The notes beneath the pieces are model-generated. The model was not told where the DNA came from, did no database searches, and saw only the letters and a program-made list of their open reading frames with translations. From a virus, in IMG/VR virus record IMGVR_UViG_3300013233_000409, positions 1 through 42,170 of that record: DNA of 42,170 nucleotides, one strand, 5' to 3'. The position numbers and the translations under genes are program-made. This document shows positions 17,840 to 24,528 of the stretch, one piece after another (the first letter of the stretch is position 1; every line of letters starts with the position of its first letter).

Positions 17840-19319
17840 AATAATCCCTTATCTGTTCATAGAAGGGGTCCTTTTCCCTTCTAAATTTAGTAATATCTCC
17901 TTCAATAGTATGAAACCTCCTGCTATCATCAGTCAACTTAATTCTTTGAGGTACATGGGTATAGAAAGCAGCGGCTAACATATACCTCAGACAGTCAATA
18001 AGGTGGTCATTCTCCTTAGGAATATTACCTTTCTCATCAGTACGATAGTACTTCATTTCCCAAATTACCTTGGGGCAGTTATCAGATATAACAATAAAAT
18101 TGTAAAGAAGCATATCTTTAATACAGTTAAGACGACTCTCCTTTCCATGTTCACCTTTCTTCTTAACGTCCTTCATACAAGGCTCTAAGTTATAGTCAAA
18201 CTGAAACTGAACTTCATTTTGAAACCAAGTTGCTGCATTATCATACACCATCCTTATATCTTCAGTTAACACGCCATATCCTTGAACCATATCCAATGCT
18301 CTTTGAAAGATAACTGAAGTAGACATTAGAGCTTTTTTAGTCTCATATATCTCCTCCAATAACACCGTTTGTTTAGTTAACCTATTTATAGCTCCAAATA
18401 ATACACCAAAACAGCTGACGGAAGCAGGGTCAAATACAAGATAAAAATCCCAAGATTTGTGATGTTTAAGAACTATCTCCTTTAACTCACAATGAGGTCT
18501 AACATGTTCAGTGAAAGTTAATCCTCGTTCAGGCTCAGGGAATTTTAACATAGGAAAAATAGCTCTACTCCCACTAAGCACTCTTTGAGCCATATACTCT
18601 CTAAGCCAAACGTCCTCTCTACCCCTATCAATTAGTTCCTGCCTCTTCTTATCTAGCCAAGCCTTAGAAATATGAGGATTACAATAAGAACTCATATTAA
18701 AATAAGAACTATTCTTATCCTTAAAACAATAATCAGCTAGTTCAATAAACTGAGGGGCATTGTCCTCGTCTCCCTCTGGAGGAGTCCCGACAATAACTAA
18801 AGGCGCATTGAAAGTAGCTAGATTGGGATCCATTGCATCATGAAACTTAGGATGATGATCTTTCCACTCATCATAAACAATAATATGAGGATTCACACCT
18901 CTATAAGCTTCATATTGATCAGCCCCATCTAACTTTATAAAGCTTCCATTTCCGAAACGTATCCTCATTTCGGTATTATTAATGGAAACACCATACTTTT
19001 CCTTCATTTCCTCATATATTTTAGCCGAATCTTCCCTATTAAACCCAGTTGGGCTTACTCCTGTTACAGGATCAATATTAGGAAAGAAGAAGTTTTGTAA
19101 CCTATTGTTAGCCCACACTAATTCCTTAGCCTGCTTTTGATATGGGGCTATATAGTAACAAGCACTATTAGGGTGTAATAGTGCAAACCTATAAAGTATA
19201 TAAGTCAAGAAATCTGTTTTGCCAAACTTACGACCACACTCTAAGAATATTTTCTCAGAACCCTTAGAAAAAAGTCCATTCTTAACCTTAGCTTGAGAAT
19301 CGTGCGGTTTCCAGCACAT
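17832..19319 (-). CDS. terL: Terminase large subunit
   Basis: 495 aa. Walker A is ECGRKFGKT and Walker B is HIIVYDEW, with a C-terminal nuclease-type acidic region. Confidence 0.9.
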   Translation of the reverse strand: MCWKPHDSQAKVKNGLFSKGSEKIFLECGRKFGKTDFLTYILYRFALLHPNSACYYIAPYQKQAKELVWANNRLQNFFFPNIDPVTGVSPTGFNREDSAKIYEEMKEKYGVSINNTEMRIRFGNGSFIKLDGADQYEAYRGVNPHIIVYDEWKDHHPKFHDAMDPNLATFNAPLVIVGTPPEGDEDNAPQFIELADYCFKDKNSSYFNMSSYCNPHISKAWLDKKRQELIDRGREDVWLREYMAQRVLSGSRAIFPMLKFPEPERGLTFTEHVRPHCELKEIVLKHHKSWDFYLVFDPASVSCFGVLFGAINRLTKQTVLLEEIYETKKALMSTSVIFQRALDMVQGYGVLTEDIRMVYDNAATWFQNEVQFQFDYNLEPCMKDVKKKGEHGKESRLNCIKDMLLYNFIVISDNCPKVIWEMKYYRTDEKGNIPKENDHLIDCLRYMLAAAFYTHVPQRIKLTDDSRRFHTIEGDITKFRREKDPFYEQIRDYYD

Positions 19320-19381
19320 TTCTAAATCTAAGATAAGATCTGACTCATATATAAGAGCCTTTTCTTGGTCACTAGTTAAGT

Positions 19382-19516
19382 TTAGATTTCCTTGTATAGC
19401 TTTTCTCCAGTTTTAACGCAAAACCCTAAAAATACCTTTTCCTTTTTAGCTGGTTTTTTGTCAATCTTTTCTTTTGGCTTACTTTTCTTAACTGGTTGTT
19501 TCTTCTCTTCACTCAT
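19382..19516 (-). CDS. 44-aa Lys-rich protein (MSEEKKQPVKKSKPKEKIDKKPAKKEKVFLGFCVKTGEKLYKEI)
   Basis: The track ORF extends to 19573, but the strong SD (TAAGGAGAAAATT-ATG) precedes the internal ATG at 19514-19516. Confidence 0.55.
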   Translation of the reverse strand: MSEEKKQPVKKSKPKEKIDKKPAKKEKVFLGFCVKTGEKLYKEI

Positions 19517-19555
19517 AATTTTCTCCTTATTACTGTTATACAAAATTATTAAACT

Positions 19556-19669
19556 GTGTTTCCCATTTGTCAACTAAGATCTCCTACGGTAAAAAATAGC
19601 AAAAATTCGTATGTGTTTCCCATTTGTCAACTAAGATCTCCCATGGTAAAAAATAGCAAAAATTCGTAT
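19556..19669. repeat. Two 57-bp tandem direct repeats, each carrying a minus-strand TTGACA
   Basis: The unit gtgtttcccatttgtcaactaagatctcc.a.ggtaaaaaatagcaaaaattcgtat occurs at 19556-19612 and 19613-19669, with 2 mismatches. Confidence 0.9.
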
Positions 19670-19739
19670 GAGGGACATGTAAACATAAATCCCTTTTTCA
19701 CTCCTTGTAGGGGGGTATCTACAGCATCAACCTATCAAC

Positions 19740-19793
19740 ACACTACGTCAACCTATAGCCCATCAATACACTACGTCAACACACTACGTCAAC
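19740..19793. repeat. Three exact copies of ACACTACGTCAAC (19740, 19768, 19781), with degenerate TCAACCTA copies around them
   Basis: Read directly from the sequence. Copies 2 and 3 are contiguous. The block lies just 3' of the terS stop. Confidence 0.9.
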
Positions 19794-19801
19794 CTACACT
19801 C

Positions 19802-20353
19802 TTACTCTCCTAACTCCTTGTAATCATTAGAGTCTAGCTCTATGTCTTCACCTTCACTTGCATCCTTACTAAGGATAGCTAGGCGTTCACTTATGCTTAG
19901 TGCCCTATCTCTTTGAGTTATAGTTATATTCACCTCTTTAGTATCAGTATCTTTATATGTATTCGGCTCATACTTAGATGCTAACATTTGTAAAGCTTTG
20001 ATTGATGGTAGAACTTGCTTCTTTATAATACTCTTCTTTATATACTCTCCTGTCTCTTCATTCTTAGTAAGAGTTTCTATCTTTTCTTCTAAAGTCTCTG
20101 AACCTTTAGCCAATTTATCAAGACTTTTACTAATAAGATTCTTATAATGTAACGACTTAGCAGCGCAATACTTTCTATTAAAAGTAGGATCTAACTTTGC
20201 CCATCGGCTAACGCTGCTACTATTAACACCAACAAGAGCAGCTGCTTCAGTAACAGTATACCCTTCAATAATATACTTCAAAACAAGAGCTTGATTCTTC
20301 AACTTATTATAAGTCTGTCTACTCATTGTTGATAATTTGCCTTTTTTGCCCAT
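19802..20353 (-). CDS. terS: Terminase small subunit with an HTH
   Basis: 183 aa. The N-terminal HTH is YTVTEAAALVGVNSSSVSRW, followed by a coiled middle and an acidic tail. It is the first gene of the late arm, upstream of terL. Confidence 0.7.
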   Translation of the reverse strand: MGKKGKLSTMSRQTYNKLKNQALVLKYIIEGYTVTEAAALVGVNSSSVSRWAKLDPTFNRKYCAAKSLHYKNLISKSLDKLAKGSETLEEKIETLTKNEETGEYIKKSIIKKQVLPSIKALQMLASKYEPNTYKDTDTKEVNITITQRDRALSISERLAILSKDASEGEDIELDSNDYKELGE

Positions 20354-20393
20354 ATATTAACCCGCTCTAATGATATTCCTTAAAATTTCCTCG

Positions 20394-20483
20394 TGTCAAA
20401 ATCCCGACACCTTCAAACCTCATAATATCCTAATATCCTTAGACATGTCAAACTATTGACAACGCCATGTCAAAACTATGACC
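20394..20483. promoter_or_regulatory. Three TGTC-N8-GACA operator-like palindromes in the divergent control region, overlapping leftward sigma70-like promoters
   Basis: O1 is 20394-20409 TGTCAAAATCCCGACA, O2 is 20446-20461 TGTCAAACTATTGACA, and O3 is 20468-20483 TGTCAAAACTATGACC. On the minus strand, TTGACA-N18-TATTAT starts in O2 and TTGACA-N18-TATCAT starts in O1. Confidence 0.6.
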
Positions 20484-20590
20484 CCTCATCTACCTAACTA
20501 CCTAAAATCTCACTGTATATCCTCAATAAAACTTGGCATAGAGAGTGCATATAGATTAGTAAGATTAATATCAACTAATAGGAGAACAAA

Positions 20591-20824
20591 ATGAAAGACG
20601 AAACGTATGAGGGGTATGCTAACTATCAAACTTGGAACGTATCACTATGGGTTAAGAACGATGAAATGCTTAACTCGGTAGCTCGGGAAGCTAAAGACTA
20701 CAACGACTTCACTGATATAGCTAAGTATCTAGGTATAACTAAAACACCAGATGATATTTCTTTCACTTCATTTAAGCTAGATACCTCAGCACTTGATGAA
20801 CTAATACGAGATACAAATGAGTAA
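20591..20824 (+). CDS. Early acidic protein with a YANYQTWNVSLWVKNDE motif
   Basis: 77 aa with the SD AGGAG. It is the first gene of the rightward arm. Confidence 0.75.
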   Translation: MKDETYEGYANYQTWNVSLWVKNDEMLNSVAREAKDYNDFTDIAKYLGITKTPDDISFTSFKLDTSALDELIRDTNE

Positions 20825-21161
20825 ATATAAATACCTATCACTACCTAAACTCATAGAAATACGAGACAATCCGACTCAAATGATCTATGAAGATAAGTAT
20901 TGTGATGTCCAGGACGAAATAAACCAAGAGATAGAAATCAAGCTTGAAAAGCTACTAGATAAAGAAGTTAAAGCTAAAGAGCTGTTCTCCCTGGAATATC
21001 CTTACCTTCTTCGATCAGGTAAAGAAATAGAATACATTAAAGAATATAAATATGAATACTATCTTGGAGAGCAATGCTTAGGAGATATTTTCTCTATGCA
21101 CGTATTAATAAATAAACTTAACGACATATATAATATGTCCGTAACAATAGAGGAGAATTAA
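20817..21161 (+). CDS. Hypothetical early protein
   Basis: 114-aa ORF that overlaps the previous gene by 8 nt. Confidence 0.7.
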   Translation: MSKYKYLSLPKLIEIRDNPTQMIYEDKYCDVQDEINQEIEIKLEKLLDKEVKAKELFSLEYPYLLRSGKEIEYIKEYKYEYYLGEQCLGDIFSMHVLINKLNDIYNMSVTIEEN

Positions 21162-21162
21162 A

Positions 21163-21426
21163 ATGAAAGATAAAACAGAAATATTAATACTAGACTGGAC
21201 AGGTGCAACTCTCTATGAAGGCAGCTATAAAAATGAATCTGAAATAAACAAGGTTTTGGATGCAAATAGATGCAATTGTGAAAACGATATGACTGCACTT
21301 GAGCATGAAATAATGATTTGTCCAAATTGCAACGATACTGGATATTTAGGAGATATTGAAATTTACTGGAAATATCCAGAGCTACAAGATAAAGAAAGTA
21401 ATGTATTTGACTATATCAACTATTAA
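21163..21426 (+). CDS. Small zinc-ribbon-like early protein
   Basis: 87 aa with CNC...CPNC cysteine pairs and a GGAG SD. Confidence 0.7.
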   Translation: MKDKTEILILDWTGATLYEGSYKNESEINKVLDANRCNCENDMTALEHEIMICPNCNDTGYLGDIEIYWKYPELQDKESNVFDYINY

Positions 21427-21444
21427 AAAAAAAGGAGAATTAAA

Positions 21445-21729
21445 ATGAAAGATAATAGCACTATATACATAGCCCTTGACGATAACAATAAAGTACCTTT
21501 TACCGCTTACTCAAACCCTATAGCTCTTCTTCACTCACTGCTTGAAGAAATACAAGAAAACGATATGTCCTTACTAAAAATAGAACATCAGGACAATATA
21601 CTAGAAGAGTTGTGTAAGCTTGGAGAATATCACTTAATAACAGATGACTATATTTACCACATCTATAAGCTTAAACTAGAAGACTCAAACATGATAACCT
21701 CATCATCCTACTGTAATGGTAGATGGTAA
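21445..21729 (+). CDS. Hypothetical early protein
   Basis: 94 aa with an AAGGAG SD. Confidence 0.7.
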   Translation: MKDNSTIYIALDDNNKVPFTAYSNPIALLHSLLEEIQENDMSLLKIEHQDNILEELCKLGEYHLITDDYIYHIYKLKLEDSNMITSSSYCNGRW

Positions 21730-21734
21730 CACTC

Positions 21735-21752
21735 TCTATTAATATTAATAGA
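21735..21752. terminator. AT-rich perfect palindrome between convergent genes (possible weak bidirectional terminator)
   Basis: TCTATTAATATTAATAGA lies between the stop at 21729 (+) and the stop at 21755 (-). Confidence 0.3.
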
Positions 21753-21754
21753 AA

Positions 21755-22159
21755 CTAACCTAGGGACAAATAACCATCATCCAGCATCCTAATAAGATCC
21801 TCGGCAAGTATTGTGACCTTCCACTGCTCGCCGTTTCTTCTATGCCAAACGCTAGCTATTTGTCCCTTATTCATATCCTCAACACATTTCATCAAAGCTT
21901 TATCAATATTCAACGCCTGGACTCTTTTACACTCAATAGATAACCTACTAAGTTTCTCACAAATAACGTCTTGGTCGCCATTGGCCCCACAAAACTGTTG
22001 ACCTCTCCTAGCCTCATAACCTCTCTCACTTAAGAACTTTGCTAGCTCCCTCTCTCCACTAGCTCCCTTAGCTCTACTATTTATTCTCTTAACCTTAGAC
22101 TTAACCTTAGATTTAATTTTTTTTTTATCCATAATATTAATCCTTTGCATAGTTGACAT
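21755..22159 (-). CDS. Hjc/PD-(D/E)XK-type Holliday junction resolvase-like nuclease; the only inverted gene in the plus arm
   Basis: The motif string is KGASGERELAKFL..GY.A.R...G..GDQDVI......SIECKR. The probable true start is the ATG at 22130-22132 (MDKKKIKSK), which has an AAGGA SD. An A10 run lies at codons 3-6. Confidence 0.7.
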   Translation of the reverse strand: MSTMQRINIMDKKKIKSKVKSKVKRINSRAKGASGERELAKFLSERGYEARRGQQFCGANGDQDVICEKLSRLSIECKRVQALNIDKALMKCVEDMNKGQIASVWHRRNGEQWKVTILAEDLIRMLDDGYLSLG

Positions 22160-22233
22160 AGTTACAAGATTAGATTAGTATTTATCTTATGAGTATGTCT
22201 AATACAAATACATTTCACAACAATTCTAATAGC

Positions 22234-22509
22234 AATACTGCTATACTTAACACTACTAAAAGTGTAAATCAAAGTATAGCGCGAATTGCATTTTTGCCTA
22301 AATATAGCAGTATTGAAATCAAAGAAGGCTTCTTTCTACTTTCCCTGCAATGTAGGTAAAAGTTCAAAATATCGCTATACTTTAAGCGTATACTATGCCC
22401 AAAATTCTAACAAGTATAGCACTATTATCATCTAACCTATCGTAATTATTCTATTTATCACTTTTATTTAAGTATAGCACTATTTTAGTGTTGACCTATG
22501 GTATACTTA
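22234..22509. promoter_or_regulatory. Iteron-like array of at least six 15-mers AAGTATAGC(A/G)(C/G)TATT in both orientations (candidate origin or operator cluster)
   Basis: Copies at 22234-22248(-), 22272-22286(+), 22300-22314(+), 22368-22382(-), 22412-22426(+) and 22470-22484(+). Partial copies at 22384-22397 and 22500-22509, and one more inside the next ORF at 22619-22629. Confidence 0.7.
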
Positions 22510-22525
22510 GGAATAGGGTAAATAC

Positions 22526-22840
22526 ATGAAAAACATCAAAAAGCCAGCTACAAACGAGATTTATTTAAGAGCCAAAAACGAACGTTTTTACGAAGTGTCA
22601 AATCTGGGTAATATTCGCAAGTATAGCACAAAAACACCTGTAAAAACTCACCTAGATTCTAAGGGATTTATCAAGTTCCATTGTAAAACAGGTAACTATT
22701 ATAATAGTAAATTTACTACTAAGTATGTCCATAGATTAGTAGCTGAATTGTTTTGTCCTAATCCTATGGAGTTTAAAAGAGTTATTTTCCTTGATGGGAA
22801 TAAACATAACATAACATCAACTAATTTAGAATGGAGGTAA
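22526..22840 (+). CDS. NUMOD4 + HNH_3-like protein lacking catalytic residues (degenerate homing endonuclease)
   Basis: 104 aa. It carries YEVSNLGNIRK (NUMOD4) and VHRLVAELFCPNP....VIFLDGNKHNITSTNLEWR. The usual (D/N)H before (I/V)DGN is IF here, and the ORF stops right after NLEW. Confidence 0.75.
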   Translation: MKNIKKPATNEIYLRAKNERFYEVSNLGNIRKYSTKTPVKTHLDSKGFIKFHCKTGNYYNSKFTTKYVHRLVAELFCPNPMEFKRVIFLDGNKHNITSTNLEWR

Positions 22841-22843
22841 GTA

Positions 22844-23116
22844 ATGAGTAAAAGTAACGCACAAATACTAGGATTTAGTTTTAGTTTATTGACTGGCTTA
22901 ATGTTTTCAGTAATAGCTACTACTAAAAAGATTGACCGATTAGAGAAAACAGTAATAATAAGAGAAAATCAAGCTATGTTAATCCAGGCGGATCTGAGAG
23001 ATGTTCAGTTAAAACTAGACAGACTATTTCATTGTGACGCTAACGACGATTGTAAACTTGTTAGGGAAGGTGTTTTTAATTATTTAGATATGAACTTGTG
23101 GGAGAAAGAGAGATGA
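22844..23116 (+). CDS. Small membrane protein with one N-terminal TM helix
   Basis: 90 aa. The hydrophobic segment is ILGFSFSLLTGLMFSVIATT. Confidence 0.7.
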   Translation: MSKSNAQILGFSFSLLTGLMFSVIATTKKIDRLEKTVIIRENQAMLIQADLRDVQLKLDRLFHCDANDDCKLVREGVFNYLDMNLWEKER

Positions 23117-23397
23117 GAACACGAGAAGAGATTGAAAAGATAAAAGAGAAAGGACTATATCACTTAGAAACATCATCGGGGCTTTGTAGTGTTATAGCAA
23201 GTTTAGGATGGGGTGGATATATCTCTAGATCAGAAAAAACCCTGTTAATGGTTGAAATCAAAAAAATGTCTAAGATACAAGAAAACAAAAACAGAAAAGA
23301 ATCTTTCTTTTTAGGCAAGGCATATGGAAAAAAAGAAATTAGGTCATACATATTTTTATTAGCAATTGAGAAACTATATTCAGAGAGGGAATTATGA
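23113..23397 (+). CDS. Hypothetical protein
   Basis: The track starts at GTG 23098. The ATG at 23113 has a GGAG SD and forms an ATGA overlap with the upstream stop. Confidence 0.65.
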   Translation: MRTREEIEKIKEKGLYHLETSSGLCSVIASLGWGGYISRSEKTLLMVEIKKMSKIQENKNRKESFFLGKAYGKKEIRSYIFLLAIEKLYSEREL

Positions 23398-23591
23398 AAG
23401 CTTATTATAGACTGACCTTATTAAACCTAAGTGATGAAAGCACAGAGTTTAATCAAGTTTTTAGTTGTGCGGCTTCAAAAGACACAGGGCTAAAGGTTGG
23501 TGACATAATAAAAGTGAAAGCTTTTAATGATAAATATAAAATATTAAATATAGAGAAAGTACCTAATCCTGCTTTAATAACTTTAGAGTAA
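23394..23591 (+). CDS. Hypothetical small protein
   Basis: 65 aa with an ATGA overlap to the upstream gene. Confidence 0.65.
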   Translation: MKAYYRLTLLNLSDESTEFNQVFSCAASKDTGLKVGDIIKVKAFNDKYKILNIEKVPNPALITLE

Positions 23592-23639
23592 GTAGGTGCA
23601 TATAAACCAGAAGGTTACAACTAGTGGAAGGAGTAAATT

Positions 23640-24041
23640 ATGAGCAAGATATTAAACAACAAAGAGGCGTTACTAGCTATACTAGACAGAAAAACTATTA
23701 AGACCCCTGATAATATATATTTTAAATACTCAGATAATGAAGTTTTAGCTAAATATACTGGCAGAATGACTCGGGAGAGAGCTTTTTCAATGAATAGTTT
23801 TGGTGAGTTTGTGGTAGTAGAGCCAGAACGTGAAACCATTACATTTTACGAGCATATTTGTGATCGTGGGCACATAATATTTTTAACAGAAGATAATGAA
23901 TATTTATCTTTTTATAGGCCAAATAATGTTTTAAATGAAATTTCTTATTCTGAAAAATGCCGCAAACTCTATCGCAATGGTATATGTCAAGAGGTTAAGG
24001 TTTACGCTGACACTTTAGAATATGTACAGGAGGGAGAATGA
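23640..24041 (+). CDS. Hypothetical protein
   Basis: 133 aa with a GGAAGGAG SD. Confidence 0.7.
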   Translation: MSKILNNKEALLAILDRKTIKTPDNIYFKYSDNEVLAKYTGRMTRERAFSMNSFGEFVVVEPERETITFYEHICDRGHIIFLTEDNEYLSFYRPNNVLNEISYSEKCRKLYRNGICQEVKVYADTLEYVQEGE

Positions 24042-24526
24042 AAGAAAAAAAAGAACTTCTAAAGCATATACATGAGCTTATTTATCTATGTAATAAAGGA
24101 GAGTTTGGTTGGGAGAATAGAGAGTTTAAAACTTTTAATAACCTAGTTTTAAAATACGATTACGATAAAGATATAGATATATATTGTTTGTACGATATTT
24201 ATAAAAAACAAAAAGATGAAATTAAACAACTAAAAATAGAGGTTTCGGCAGAAAAGGAAATAAGCTTTAAGAATAGCGAAGCAATAGGAGTTTATTATAA
24301 GAAGTGTGAAAAGCTCGAAGCCGACCTAAAACGTGAACAATCTTGTGTTGATTATTATGCAGATACAAATCATTGGGATAAGAATATTGGTTATAGATGT
24401 CTAAATTACACTGACTATAATGTTATACTAGGTGAAGATTTAAGCAGTTATAATAGTAATGATGAGGGTTATGGCGGTGAAAAGGCAAGAAAAACACAAC
24501 AACAAAGGGTAAAGGAAGAGGAATAA
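24038..24526 (+). CDS. Hypothetical protein with a C-terminal YYAD..NW......GGEKAR motif
   Basis: 162 aa with an ATGA overlap. I recall the motif as recurrent in phage replication regions. Confidence 0.7.
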   Translation: MKEKKELLKHIHELIYLCNKGEFGWENREFKTFNNLVLKYDYDKDIDIYCLYDIYKKQKDEIKQLKIEVSAEKEISFKNSEAIGVYYKKCEKLEADLKREQSCVDYYADTNHWDKNIGYRCLNYTDYNVILGEDLSSYNSNDEGYGGEKARKTQQQRVKEEE

Positions 24527-24528
24527 AT

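Noticed and set aside
19556-19669. The tandem 57-bp repeats as a mini CRISPR array
   Set aside because: The two copies are directly adjacent with no spacer. There are no cas genes and no repeat-internal palindrome typical of CRISPR repeats.
19556-19813. Plus-strand 85-aa ORF (and 19392..19577) in the terS-terL gap
   Set aside because: The reading frame is created by the tandem repeats (the peptide repeats FPICQLRSP.VKNSKNSY). It has no SD and runs antisense to the late operon.
22189-22359. 56-codon plus-strand ORF (MSMSNTNTFHNNSNSNTAILNTTKS...) inside the iteron region
   Set aside because: It has no Shine-Dalgarno sequence and a low-complexity Asn/Ser/Thr composition typical of AT-rich non-coding DNA. 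Its sequence is largely made of the iteron copies themselves.
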